64,000 bases of DNA, taken from NCBI RefSeq assembly GCF_009914755.1, contig NC_060928.1. One strand, written 5' to 3'. The first letter of the stretch is position 1; the number at the start of each line of letters is the position of its first letter. The translations under genes were made by a program, and so were the position numbers. This stretch comes from the human T2T-CHM13v2.0 reference genome, Homo sapiens. This document shows positions 39,549-52,711 of this stretch, one piece after another. The notes under the pieces were generated by a model, which was not told where the DNA came from, did no database searches, and saw only the letters and a program-made list of their open reading frames with translations.

Positions 39549-41431
39549 AATATTCATGAATCTAACAAATCTACTAGACTGGGTTCAGCTATGTGGTACT
39601 TCTGGTATGAAATCTAAATGTGGTAAATTATACAGCTGCAATCAACTAGACATCAGGCTGCTTTATGAGAGCCTCGTATGAAATAGTCATAAGGAAAGGC
39701 TAACTGGGGCCTAACCTCACCTTTTTTCTCATTCTGTAGCAGGAGAGTATAGCACTTGTTAAACTGGCAGTCCCAGAATTCCCAGAGAGAGCATAATGGT
39801 GCAAAGTCTCTTGAGGCTTAGGTTCTAAACTCATACATTGTCCCTTCTGCCACATTGTGGCCAAAGTTAGTCACACAACCTGCCCAGATTAAAATAGGAG
39901 AGGCCAGTCTCCACATCTTCAAGAGAAAGGAAGAGTGTTCTGATTTTTGCTATCATCTACTACTCATGGCTTTTTCTAGACACGGACAGAGAAGAAAAAC
40001 TGTTATTGAATATGCATTGACAAATATATAATTAATTAATGTTTGTTTTATTATTTTAAGAATTTAGACTAAAATTGTACGGTGACAAGTTTTGGATTGG
40101 AAAATTTAAAAAAAGCAAATATAACTTAGAAGACTTGGATAAACAAAGCAATAGAAAAAAGGCGTCATTTTTATAATTCTCTGCATATGAGTTGAATATA
40201 AGAAGAATACTGGAAGAAAGAAGGGAGAACATTTCAGCTGAAACATTTTTTCTTGTTCAACTTTACCTTGACCAAAATCTTAGAATATTAAAAAGTGAAA
40301 TAAAGATCTTTGACTTATCTTTCACTTTCTATTTTTGGGGAGCTATTCATTTAAAACTAAAAGCCACTAAACATCCTTCCTCTGTAAACACTGTTTTGAC
40401 CTTTATAGATATTTCTATTTCTGTTATAGAGATTTGAAGGAAATTTGCAAAACCTAAATAGCTTTTGCCCATCTATTCAGGATTTCTTATGGGCCACCGG
40501 CCTTCTCTTGCTTTGCACAAACTCGCAGGCAGACAAATGATAAATGAACTGAAAGAGAAACATCTATTTATTAAGACTCTTATAATCTCTCTTAGACAAT
40601 GATATTCAATTAAAAGCATGATCTGAAGAAGAAAAATGTAAACATCTATATAATCAATATTGGCATAAAATATATATTTTAGTTGTTTCAAATAAAATAC
40701 TAGCTGATTCCAGTAATGGCAGATTTTCTTGTAAGAGAGACCAGATGAGTGGTTTCTAACCTTTGCATAGTCAAGTCTTTATTAAAACTGAAGTTTAGGG
40801 AGATTACATTTTCAAATTCAAGGGATATGCTGGATCTAATATTTAAATCTTCCTTCCCTTCTATGAGACCGCTCACATAGGCCATCTGCCTCCGCACTAC
40901 TCTCTCAGCTTCATTTCAGTGACTGCACTGCCATAGCTGCAGGAAAAGGTCAAGAGGGTATCTGTTTTGTTCAAATACACAGATGGTCAGAAAGTTTACC
41001 AACATCTTAGATTTTTGAAATAAGTACCTATTCCTACATGTATGTCAAGATTTATAATACTTAAAATGTCAGTCTGTTTTTCCTGAACAAGATTTGGCAA
41101 AAAGGGAAAGCAAGAGTCTTAGAATTATGCTATCAAATGGATAAATTTTCTAACAATCTTTTTATACTCCTATCATGTGAACTGGGTACTTTTATGCCTT
41201 ATATCTACTAAAGATGTCCTGCATAATGTACTGTCCATTAGTAGGTGGTAAGGTTTGAGAATCTAGAAATGTGACTGCAAACTTTGATTTTATTTGCTGA
41301 AATAAAAAGCAATTTGGGGGAAACTAACAAGTACCTGGCAGACATTGAAAATAAAACAATGGCCAAAATAATATTTATTTCTCCTAAGTTGTTACTATTT
41401 TATTTGAGGAAGAGAGATGATCGATAATTGC

Positions 41432-41455
41432 TATGATATGATATGATATGATATA
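41432..41455. repeat. (TATGA)n pentamer repeat
   Basis: TATGATATGATATGATATGATATA. Confidence 0.9.
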
Positions 41456-41481
41456 ACATTTCAACTCATCAAAAGTGAGGG

Positions 41482-42429
41482 TGTTGTATACATTGTCAGA
41501 GCCCCATCCACATGCCAGTACTCCTTGTCTCTATGTGTAGGGATCCAAAAGCTTCTGAGCGAAAGAACGTGTGACTGAGGTCTTTTTCTGGCTACCTGAG
41601 TGCACTGGAGCTGTAAGTAGGAGAGACAGACAATGAGGCTATAGTAACCCAGGAGCAATTCTTTTTTCATTATGTAATGGAGTGGGGCTAAATATTGTAG
41701 CCTCCTTTCCCCTCAGGTGGGACAACACTGCTTTTTTTTTCATGAAATCTACTGAGTTTCACAGCGCTATCCCATAGCATTAGCCTACTCAGTAATATAC
41801 TTTGTATTAACTGCTGCAAACTCCCTTCCCATTGTGTTCTTGGGGTCACCTCCTGAAAAAACAACTTACACCCAGATATTTTTCTCAGGATGTATTAGGA
41901 TGATTCAGAGAGGTAGAACCAATAAGATATTTGTAAATACAAAAAAAGAGACTTATTATGAAAGATTGGTTCATGTGATTATGGAAGCTAAGACTGATAA
42001 TTGGCAAACTAGAGGTGCCAAGAAGCTGATGATACAGTTCCAGTCCAAATTCAAAGGCTTGAGAAGCCAGGAGACCAATGGTGTAAGTCCCTGTCTGAAT
42101 GTGAAGGCCCAAGAACCAGGCATTATGATGTCTTATGGGAGGAGAAGGCAAACGTCTTAGCTCAAGCAGAGATCAAATTTGCCCTTCATTAAACTTTTTG
42201 TTGCATTCAGACCATTAGCTAATTGGGTGCTGTACATTTGCATTGGTTAAGATGAACTTCTTTATTTAGTCTATCAATACAAATGTTAACCTCTTCCAGA
42301 AACACTCTCACAGATCTGCTCCAAAATAACGTTTTACCAGATATCTGGGCATCCTTCAGCCCACTCAAGCTCACACGTAAAATGAACTATCACTCATGGC
42401 CTGCTTTTGGAGAAATCTAAACTAAATCA
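41482..42429 (+). mobile_element. LTR33-like ERVL LTR, interrupted near its 3' end by MLT2B
   Basis: CCCCTCAGGTGGGACAACACTG and TTGGGGTCACCTCC...TTTTTCTCAGG, resuming CTGCTTTTGGAGAAATCTAAACTAA after 42394. Confidence 0.7.
41891..42394 (-). mobile_element. MLT2B-type ERVL solo LTR
   Basis: TGTATTAGG...AGAACCAATAAGA..., AAATGTTAACCTCTTCCAGAAACACTCTCACAGA and TTTTACCAGATATCTGGGCATCC match reverse-complement MLT2B. Confidence 0.88.
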
Positions 42430-42464
42430 GAGATTTAGGGCAAATAGCATAAACTTTTATATAA

Positions 42465-43363
42465 AGTAGCCAAGAAAGACTCACGGGGTGGCATTCATTT
42501 AAACACTTGACACCAGGTTAGACACCACTTTAGACTCCTGAATTAAAAGAAGAATCATGTGGACACTGAACACAAGAAACATTCAGGCTGAGGCAATAGC
42601 AAATGCAAAATTCCCGTTAAGTTGATGAAACAACAAGGCTGTGGTTTGAGCTGGTGAACAAGAGAATGGGCAGGAAAGGATGTATTAGGAATTTGAGGGC
42701 AGGCATATTAGGCTTTTGGAAAACTTTGGATTTTTCTCTGAAGGAAATATCAACTCATTGGATGGCTTTGAGCAAAGAAAGAGCATATAGAGTCATATAT
42801 GCTCCTTATATATGCTTATATTATATATATATTATAAGCATATATCATCATATGTCATAGAAATATAATAATATACATATAAGCACATATCTTATAGATC
42901 ATAGCAACATATATAACATATATAAGCTATATAAACGTATATAAGCTATATTAAATATATCATAGAGGCAATAGATAAATGTTTAATAAGGAAATAGAAT
43001 GTGGAGGGCAAAGTTGAAATAGGAAGTCCTGATTATAAGTGAAAGACGATGCTGATGAGAATGATGACCTGATAAGGGTGAAAGGTATTGCTTGGCTTGT
43101 CCCCGGGGGACACGCATGGTGAGAAGAACCAGGCTCTGAGGTATTTCAAGGGAGAGTCAACAGGGTATCATGATGGAATAAACACCAGATATGAGAGAAA
43201 GTGAAAGGTTAAGAATATTTCTAGGTTTTTTGGTTGGAACAACCGGAAGAATGGAGGTTCTTTCTATTAAAATTAGGAAAACTACAGCAAGAGCAGTTTG
43301 GCAAGAAGGATAAAGTCTGGTTTTAGATATCATCATTTTGTAACATGTATTAGACATCCAAGG
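42465..43363 (-). mobile_element. L2 (L2a-like) fragment containing an AT-rich insertion
   Basis: GGCAATAGCAAATGCAAA, ACTTTGGATTTTTCTCTGA, CATTGGATGGCTTTGAGCA, GGAAGAATGGAGGTT, TTAGACATCCAAG. Confidence 0.75.
42781..42963. repeat. AT-rich low-complexity tract with inverted repeats
   Basis: GAGCATATA / TATATGCTC and ATATATGCTTATA / TATAAGCATATAT arms read directly. Confidence 0.85.
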
Positions 43364-43714
43364 TTTTGCCACCTATTCACTGCACTATCACAGAAAGTCT
43401 ATGTCACCGGGGAAAATCTGCCCTAACTCATGTCACATGTTGGAAAAGCTCAAGCATACTTCTCTACTCCAACAGCAGCTCTGGGATTACCATAACAAGA
43501 TTGGTGAGCATGTCAATATATTCTTTGAGATGGGGAGGAAGACACCAGTGGCAATGGGACATATCTTCAAATTGTATTTACCTATAAGGATGTTTTTACT
43601 TATATTTTGTGTCAAAATCAACACACATTGTAAATTATACTGAAGATAGGTTTTTCATACTTTTAATCATCTCTCACCTCTACTTCTCTACTGGAATCCG
43701 GAAATGCCAATGAA

Positions 43715-44000
43715 TTATACATAAATTTAAGAAATACTTACTAAAACCTATGAGATTCTGGTAATACATGGTGAGAAAAGCAGACTTCCTGTGAGACAAC
43801 ACATTATCATGGGAGAAGCAGACATTAAACAAATAACAAAAATCAATATATAATTCTAAAGGAAAGAATATGAAATACGATGAAAGTGGTAACAGAATGA
43901 AATTTAGATTCATTGCAAGGGTGTAAGAGTAACATTTAAGGAAGAAACATTTAACCTGAGACCTAAAGAGAACATAAGAAAGAATCAGCTAGACAAAGTA
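43715..44000 (-). mobile_element. L2 3' fragment
   Basis: GGGAGAAGCAGACATTAAACAAATAA, ACATTTAACCTGAGACCTAAAG. Confidence 0.65.
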
Positions 44001-44556
44001 TAATGTGTTGCTTCAGTATTGGGTACACAACTGGGATTAGGGAAAGTTCAGAGATAGACACAGTATGAAAATTCATTTAAAAACGCTTGAAAAAGCTGAA
44101 GTGGTATATAAGTGTATATTATTATAAATGTATGTAATTATTAATGATTACACCGATGGTGTCTAAATGTCGGGAAAATTTATGTCTGGATGAAACCATA
44201 GGTAGTACAGAATCTCTGAATGTAACCACGTAACTATAACAGCAAGTAGTTCAATTTGGGATTTCAGAATACACTGGGTCACTGCGAGGAGCCAGAGAAA
44301 ACAGTACAGGTGCCAAGACCCAGAAGGAGCAGGTAAATTGTGAAGATACTGACGCTGGTGTCTGTGGAAGGCCATTCCACTGACCAGTCATTATTAAGAT
44401 ATGCTAGTGACAGATAACAGAGTGTCATGCACACAAGCTGAGTGCGGTTGCAGGGACTCTGGTAACAGAGATCCATAAAGCCATCAGGTGGCCTCCGGAA
44501 TTGTTTCTGAATTGTGACAGTAGCAAGGATTCACTTCTCATTATCTTCTACTCTTT

Positions 44557-45320
44557 TTTTTTAATACTTTAAGTTCTGGCGTACATGTGCAGTACGTGCA
44601 ATTTTGTTACATAGGTGTACACATGCCATGGTGGTTTGCTGCACCCATCAACCTGTCACCTACATTAGGTATTTCTCCTAATGTTATCCGTCCCCTCGCC
44701 CCCCTCCCCCCAACAGGCCCTGATGTGTGATGTTCCCCACCCTGTGTCCATGTGTTCTCATTGTTCAACTCCCACTTATGTGTGAGAACATGCGGTGTTT
44801 GGTTTTCTGTTCTTGTGATAGTTTGCTGAGAATGATGGCTTCCAGCTTCATCCACGTCCCTGCAAAGGACACGAACTCATCCTTTTTTATGGCTGCATAG
44901 TATTCCATGGTGTATATGTGCCACATTTTCTTTATCCAGTCTATCACTGATGGACATTTGGGTTGGTTCCAAGTCTTTGCTATTGTGAAAAGTGCCGCAG
45001 TAAACATACATGTGCATGTGTCTTTATAGTAGAATGATTCATAATCCTTTGGGTATATACCCAGTAATGAGATTGCTGGATCAAATGGTATTTCTAGTTC
45101 TAGATCCTTGAGGAATCACCACACTGTCTTCCACAATTGTTGAACTAATTTACACTCCCACCAACAGTGTAAAAGTGTTCCTATTTCTCCACATCTTCTT
45201 CAGCATCTGTTGTTTCCTGACTTTTTAATGATCGCCATTCTAAGTGGCGTGAGATGGTATCTCATTGTGGTTTTGATTTGCATTTCTCTAATGACCAGTG
45301 ATGATGAGCATTTTTTCATA
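44557..45320 (-). mobile_element. 5'-truncated L1PA6/7
   Basis: L1PA 3' UTR and ORF2 end (ORF track 44765-45007). TSD TATCTTCTACTCTTT (44542-44556) / TATTTTCTACTCTTT (45319-45333). Confidence 0.96.
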
Positions 45321-45333
45321 TTTTCTACTCTTT

Positions 45334-45702
45334 AATATGGCTTACAAAATCCTTTAGAGATTGGTCTCGACTAACCTCTTCAATTTTATTTCCTTCCACT
45401 CTTCTTTCTCTAATGTAACATTTTTGCCACACCAAACTCCTTTTTATTTCCAAATGTGTCGTACTTTTTCTCAAACCTAGGACATTACATATCCTCTTCT
45501 CTCTGTCAACACTCTCTGTTATCCCCTTCTTTGACATACCAAACTTGTACCAAACTTCCATGTGTCAAATTAGATATTTCCTTCAGGAAATATCACCCTT
45601 CATAATCTTAACTCTCGATTTGAGGGACCTGTTCTGTGTGCTCACAGGAGTCTACACAGCTCTTCTGTATTGTAATTAACAGTGACCACGAATTGTGATT
45701 AT
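45334..45702 (+). mobile_element. L2 3' fragment
   Basis: TATGGCTTACAAAATCCTT, GCCACACCAAACTCC, TTCCTTCAGGAA, CTGTGTGCTCACA. Confidence 0.65.
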
Positions 45703-45747
45703 ATATAAATGTAATTCCAACTTTTTTACATAAAAAAGGTTTAAGGA

Positions 45748-46950
45748 ATGGTAACAATTGTTTTAAAACATGTCTGCAAATTCTTTGACACTCCCTTCAG
45801 GAGGCGGGTTCAACATTCTCTTTGCTTGAATCTGGGCTGATCAGAAGGTCTCACTTTTAGCCAAGAGAATGTTCCAGATGTGATGCTCCATGACCCCTGG
45901 TACTGTAACAGAAAAGATGATGCAGGCTCCACCCTGCACACTGTTGGAGGTGGAATTCTTTACTGGTACCCCAAGTTTCCTTGCCCTCATCCTGAGGACT
46001 TCACACTTGTGGTTATGTTATTTTACATGCAAAAGGAAAATTTTTAAACATAATTAAAGGTACCTATATTTGGCTTCATATTGATCAAAAGGAAGATTAC
46101 CTGGCTGGGCCTGACCTAATCACATGAAACCTTTAACAGCATAGACATTTATTTTGTCTAGAAGCAGAATAAGAAGTTACAGAGGCGTGAAGCATGGTGG
46201 GGATTTGAGGTGAGAGGTCCTGATGCTAATTGCAATGTTTGAGGAATTGTCCAAGTGCCTGTGAGAAGTTCTGGGGCACAGGGCTTCTGCTGGCCCTCAG
46301 GAGGTGACAGCAGCCCTCCACTGACAATCAGAAAATGGGATCCTCATTTTCACAACTGCAAGGGACTCAATTCTGCCAACAGAATGAGCTAGAAAGCCAA
46401 TTCTTTCTTGGAGTTTCAAATGAGAACACAGCTGGCCAAAAAGTTGAATGTGAAACTCTGAGTAGAGAATCCAGCCAAGACTGAACCCAGACTTTGGACA
46501 TACAGACTGGTGAGATATTAAGTGTCTGTTTTTCTGAGTCACGTCACTAAATTTGTCATAATTTGTTACACAGCATAGAAAACTAATACTTCCTGAGTCA
46601 CCACATTAAAAATCTGAGTACCCCAAGATCATTATGCTATATGAATGCTCGGAACACTTGAAAAGGCCACACATAGTTGTTCGAGATGACAGGCTCAGCT
46701 GAGGTCCCAGGTGGCAGCCAACATCAATAGTGAGACATGTGAATGAAGACATCACCTAATGATTCTAGCTTACAGACACAGAGAGATATTGAGCCATCAT
46801 ATCTTCCCAGCAGAGGACCAAGATATTTTGGAGCAAAATCAAGTCATCTCTGCTGTTTTCTGTATTGATTCCAGGCCCACAGAATCAATGAGCCAAAATA
46901 AACTGCTCAGTTATAGGATAATTTGTTATAAAGCATTAGAAGCTAAATTC
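45748..46950 (+). mobile_element. MLT1G-type LTR split by a nested MLT1E
   Basis: CAAATTCTTTGACACTCCC and CTTGAATCTGGGCTG. Resumes at ~46591: CAGCTGAGGTCCCAG, AGACATGTGAATGAAGA, GCCCACAGAATCAATGAGC, TTTGTTATAAAGCATTAG. Confidence 0.8.
45942..46590 (+). mobile_element. MLT1E-type LTR nested in MLT1G
   Basis: GGGCCTGACCTAATCACATGA, CAACTGCAAGGGACTCAATTCTGCCAAC and terminal TTTGTTACACAGCATAGAAAACTAATAC. Confidence 0.85.
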
Positions 46951-47427
46951 TGCCTATAACTGGGTATTAAGTAACTTATAGAACTTCATGTAGAATATAT
47001 AAGTGAAATGATTAAATTCAAATAGCCAGGAGTCTACATATGGGAAAGACATGTAACTGTACCATAAGACTGTTCTACATAAAAACCTCACGGTTATATA
47101 CTTACAGCTCTGCATTTATGAGGCTTGTGACCAAAGATGAGACATACCACTACAACTACTTCAGAAGATGCAAAATCCCATTCCCGTCTACCCTACTCCC
47201 TGAAAGAGCTGGTGTCCTGTGTGTTTCCTAACACATGCTCCTCATACATACTTCCAAGACCCCTAGGCAGAAAAATTGACCATATATGGACAATTTGAAG
47301 CCAGGACATCTACAAATTATGTATTGTTTTAACTTCTTATCTCTATGTTATGGGAAAAGAAAGTAGATATTGAGAATGAATGTAAGTGAGCCACAATATC
47401 TGTAATATCTGCCACAGTATTATCCAT

Positions 47428-47569
47428 TTGTTCCCAGCTACTCAGGAGGCTGAGGCTGGAAGATTGCTTGAACCTAGGAGTTAGAAGCTGCAGTGAGCTG
47501 TGATGTGCCAACACTCTGGGTGACAGAGCAAAATCCTGTCTCTAAAAAATAATAAATAAATACATAAAT
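47428..47569 (+). mobile_element. 5'-truncated old Alu right monomer (AluJ/FRAM-like)
   Basis: TCCCAGCTACTCAGGAGGCTGAGG...GCTGCAGTGAGCTGTGAT...CCTGTCTCT plus (AAAT)n tail. Degenerate TSD AGTATTATCCAT / AATATTATTCAT. Confidence 0.88.
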
Positions 47570-47779
47570 AATATTATTCATATATTTATTCCTTCCTTGG
47601 AACTTAAGTACCTAAAAGACAGAAGAAGAGGTTCTATTCATCATTATATCTTACATATGTTGTAGAGTTACTGACACAGGGTTGGTGCTTAATAAATAAA
47701 TATAAATAAATAAAGGGATATTTCTACTTCTTTAAAGATAGTTTTCTGTCTGGTTTGGCAAATCTCACTCAAACTACTT

Positions 47780-48130
47780 TAAGCATGCCTTACTAATAGA
47801 AACTACTTCTAAACATGTGTAATTCACCTTTGTTTTATCTTTGTTCCCCCTGATTTTACATGGAAGGCATTTTGTCATTCATATCTTAGTTTAACATAAT
47901 GTCCACAGAAAAATCTTACCAGACTGCCTCCTCCAATTTGATGTTTAATATCATGTCTTGTTCCCCTATCTTAATTCTCTGTATGGCACATAGTAATAGA
48001 TACTTTTGGATTTATTGATTGATTTCAGGTTATGTATGTACTGATACAAACAGCATGAGAGCAACTACCTTGTTTATGGCTAACGCTGTGTTTGACATAC
48101 AGAATTAACTCATCAAATCTGTAAAGAATG
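47780..48130 (+). mobile_element. L2 3' fragment (donor of the nearby duplication)
   Basis: TCATTCATATCTTAGTTTAAC, CAGCATGAGAGCAACTACCTTGT and GACATACAGAATTAACTCATCAAATCTG resemble the L2 tail. Confidence 0.55.
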
Positions 48131-48746
48131 GACAAAATTCACCCCTCCAACCTTCACTTAAATTATCTTCCATCAGCTCTGGCTTTTTGAGTTTGAGTGG
48201 CCTTTTCAGTAAACATTTTTGAATTGACCTTCTTGCCTTACTGCCATATATTGTATGTTATTTATCTTCTAAAACAAAAATAGATTTGGATTGTATAAAA
48301 TAATTGAATTATCTTGGGGATAATCATAAAAACCACCTTCTCACTGCACATTCACCTGGCTATGAACTCTCCTTGCCTTAGTCCATGGAGTTACACAAAG
48401 ATGATAAAAGTGCTGGCAACAAGTGACCTAGGCCCAGGATAACAGCTAGCAATAGAGATAGGAGTATCCTGGAAGAATATGGGACAAATATGTCTCATGG
48501 TTGAGGAAAAGTGAAGCTCTTAAAACTGAAAGACAAGTCAGAAATAAAATAAAAGCTAAAGTGATCTGAATATAAAGCTCAAGGTACTGGCTAAGTTCAG
48601 GGCTGATCAAATGGAGGTCTAGACTTGGTGAATGGGCCACTATTAGAAGGGCAGAGGTACGTAAATCACTTGAGTCTTAGATCTGCGGATGGTGAAAACA
48701 GATGTCCAAACCCTCATATTCTCTTACACAGCCTCCCTTCCTTGAA

Positions 48747-48915
48747 GACCATTGGAGCACTGAGAGATGAAAGCTCTTTCTAAATATGTTCAATTCACCA
48801 TTGTTTTATCTTTATTTCCCCTGATCTTCACATAGAAGGCATTCTGTCATTCATATCTCAGCTTAAACATAATATCCATAGAAAAACATTAAGGACCAAT
48901 GGAGCACTGAGAGAT
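48747..48915. repeat. ~125-bp copy of 47799-47924 flanked by 22-bp direct repeats
   Basis: GACCA(T/A)TGGAGCACTGAGAGAT at 48747-48768 and 48894-48915. The insert aligns by eye to the upstream segment at about 85% identity. Confidence 0.9.
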
Positions 48916-49559
48916 AAAGAGGTCCCAGCTATAGAGAGGGAAAAAAAAGAAGAATCTAGACGCCAATGACCAGGCAGAAGAATCTTCCAATAATTCTCTT
49001 AGATAATATTAGATAGTATTTTCCCCTTGAGAGTGAGTTGAAAGGGGAGAAAAATGTTTGAAAATGTTTAGATTTCAAATATTTAGTAATCATTTCACAA
49101 ATGACTTTTTTAAAAATTATATTTAATGTCCATTTTAAAATTCAAAAGCTCATTTTAATTTGTTTTTAGAAATACAAATTCCACAAGTACACAAAACTTA
49201 ATTTTCTTGACAATGGAATTAGCTCAAGATATAATTATAAATATAAAATTATAAAATAAAACTGATTTTTTGTAGCTGTTGTACAGCGACATTTAGTGAA
49301 TTAATCTTGTTCGTTAAAACACACATTTTTGAGAACAACATTATAGTTTAAGAGATTTATAATTTTATACCTAAGAACACCACACATATAGTAATATAAA
49401 TAAAAATGTGTTTAACTGTAATGTCACAACTTACATGGTTGTTTAATATTATACATCCATAAAAATTGTTATTCAATATAATGCAAAACTATTTTTCTAA
49501 GCAATCTGGTATTGTGCTAGGCTGAAGAACCTTTGCAATTGAATGACTATATTTGAAGA

Positions 49560-49745
49560 TCATTTGTTAAATTGCTTCAAGTATTCAAATTATTTAAAAA
49601 AAAACTGAACTATACAGTGGGTAATAACAGTACCTATCTAGAAGGCCAATAATGAGGATTAAATAAGTTAATATATGTAGAGAGATTTGAACATGTGTGG
49701 TGACTAGCATGAAGTATGTACTAATTATTATCATCATTATTACTA
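49560..49745 (+). mobile_element. MIR 3' half
   Basis: GGGTAATAACAGTACCTATCT...TGAGGATTAAATAAGTTAATATATGTA is the MIR 3' region. Confidence 0.75.
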
Positions 49746-52074
49746 CTACCGTTTACATTAATGCTATTAGTAATAGCATAATAATGAAGAGCTTATAAGA
49801 GCAGGTAGATAGATTTGGATGATTAACCCTTATTAGATGCTCAGAACACTATCTAGCACAGTGCCAGAAGTTAAAGTTTAAATACCAGAAGTTGAGTTTT
49901 ATCTCAGAGTAGGAAGATTAAACAGACTTGGCAAACTATAGTGGTAAGCCGTTATATAGGAGTAAGGACTTTTTATTCAGAAAAGGAATAAGTATAATCA
50001 TTTGTAATTTCTTCATTTGCAGAGTCAAACGAAAATCCTATAGTGACAATTGTCTTCTTTAGTACATACTTATATGGCATCTCCAACTGTTTATTATTGA
50101 ATTGTTCATAGATTTTTTCACTGTATTTTCTGTAGGTTACTATATTGAGTGAATGTTTGCTGAGTAATTGAATGAGCTAATGTAATGACGTACTAAATGA
50201 GCATGATTAATTAGCCTTCTAATGGATAATATACATTATGGGATTAAAATTTTTTATTTATATCAGCTCTCATAGTTTATTGATTATTTATTTAATATTA
50301 ACATTTAAAATAGTAGTGTTTGATTTATATCAGCTCCACCTATGGTTATAGGGACGTAAACTTAAGAGAAAATACATCATTGCTTGGCATGGCATAAAGT
50401 CAACAAAATAAGAATCCTGGAAAATTTTTTAAATTATCTTTTGCTCATTCTTTGTATCATGCTTACTTCCTATATGAATGTTATAAAAAAGACTTTTGAT
50501 CACATTACGTTTTTCTGTAAATAGTCCAGAACTTAGTATGATTTAGAAGCCTAATAAAATATAAACTGAAAGACTCATAGCCTAATACCAAGTAAAGTTG
50601 GTGTCCTCTTCATTAAAACTTTAGTAGCCATATTGCTTCCAGTCTTCCTGCCTGAAGGTAAAAATTTCAGCCTGTTAAAAAGCCAAGGAAGAGACCTCAT
50701 GTAATATGAACTTATTAAAGGTGATCACATACATAAATCAAATGCAACTGTGTAATAGCCCTGTCTTTAAGTGTTCTGAGAAAGATATTATGTTAAGAGT
50801 TATAATTGTATCCAATAATAAATATTATTTCTGTAGGTGGAATATCAGTGGTTAGTGGGTAATACACCTTTAAATTTATCTATCAAAACATAAAAGTTTG
50901 ATAGTTAAACATAAAGTTAAACATAAAAAGCAACTTCTAGCAACAGATTATAAAATACTCCTTAAATACCTTTCATTTTATGGGTGTGTGTGTCCTCTTT
51001 TTGGATGGGACAACTAGTTTCTAAAATACCTTCTTTCTAATAGTAATGGCAGCATATTATACATTCTGTTCCCAGTAATAAGGAAAAAACTTTAAATGAG
51101 AATGTCAAGTTGGCCTCAGGCACATCCAGGAGGTTTTCCTGAGAGTCATCTACATTACAAAGTTTAATATATTAAGTACACTTCTCCCAAAGTGGTTAGC
51201 AAACTAAATGCATGACCTGAAATTCAGACAAGGCCTTGAAAGAGACCTTATGCTATTTACTATGGCACCAACGATCCCAGGTCTCAGTTGAATAGTCCAG
51301 GAATGAGCTCACAGTGGGAAATAACTTTTACTGGGGATTTTTGAACTGGACTGAACACATAATGCCGACTCCCTTCTAGGGGCTAGACTGAGATTTTATT
51401 TCCTGAGCATTAGTGCTCACATTTCTGCCATGCAGGGTAAGTCAGTGTGAAGAATCAGAGAATAAAGCTGGCACCAAGATTTTCCCAAATGAGTAATGGG
51501 TAGAGGAGAAAACTGTCCACATTTGAATCCTTGGTTTTGTTTTTTTCTGCTAATCAGCCACAGTGCTGTTTTTACTCTAGCTGTATTGGATAAACCAGGA
51601 TTCTTTCCATCAACTTCCCTTTTGGTCACAGTGTATAAAGGTTTACCTTCTGTCATTTTCAAACAATAGAGCCTTACTACTCAAAGGATCGATCGCTTCT
51701 GTTTAATTAGTTCAAAAGTTATATGCTAGTCAATACTATTTAATAAATATTAATTATTTGAAGGATTCTTACAAAGTAGGGAGAACATAGACTTAGAAAA
51801 AAGAGAAATAAAGCTATTTCATAGCACGTACATTCCAGACAGGAACAAAACATTGAATAATAATTAACCAATTTTTGTTAAGTAGTCTGGAAGGGAAAAA
51901 TACTGCATTATGAGAATGAACATGAACTACATGTGGAAAGATAGGAAGGTTTCCTTGATGTTGTAACGTTTAAGCAGAGCTTGGAAGTCTGATTTCACAC
52001 CATATAGTGGTGAAAATTCCAGTTTTTTTTAAACAATCAGTTTAACATATTTTGGAATACTGACTGTGAAGAGG

Positions 52075-52240
52075 TTGAGGAGAATCCCTGCTCTTCAGTC
52101 TTACTGTGAAATTTGGAAAAAGTCACCTCTAGCCTTATTGGACTCATTTTTCAATATGGAAAGTAAGAAAAATCCAACCTTTCGTCTGCTGATAAATTCC
52201 AATTATAATTTTCAGGGTGCTGTTTGAGTCAATAAGTATA
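52075..52240 (+). mobile_element. Degenerate MIR
   Basis: AATCCCTGCTCT, CTGTGAAATTTGGAAAAAGTCAC, GACTCATTTTTC. Confidence 0.45.
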
Positions 52241-52711
52241 TTTAGAATAAAATAATTAGTTTTATGAGATTATGAATCGCTTTAGAGAAATTATAGTATT
52301 TTCTTCTTCGTTATATCCCCAAAGTGATGCACAGGGCTGCAAATTAACATGTTTGAGGATAGGTCATATTCAAGGTCTTAGAGGATGGGTGAGGGCCTTA
52401 AATTAAATAAGACAATGAAAGACATGGGGCAGTCACAGGAGAAAAAGATGTATTGCCCTAATTCAAACTTTTCACTAAGAAACATTAGAGTTTATTCAGT
52501 GTCTAATAATTTCTTCTCCCATATACCATTATTTACAAAAACGAAGTAAAACCATTTAATAGGATTGTGCATAGCTGTCATCGTTTGCATGTCAGGATCC
52601 TAAATCACCAGTGACTGAGCCTGTACTGTAGCTTTCTTGTTCTATTTAAGTCTTGTTTAATTCCAACATTTTTTTCTGCCTCCTTCCCTTCGTTTCTTCT
52701 TTACTCCCACT

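Noticed and set aside
50885-50930. Repeated AAACATAAA (forkhead-like) motif
   Set aside because: Short AT-rich slippage duplication, not distinguishable from background.
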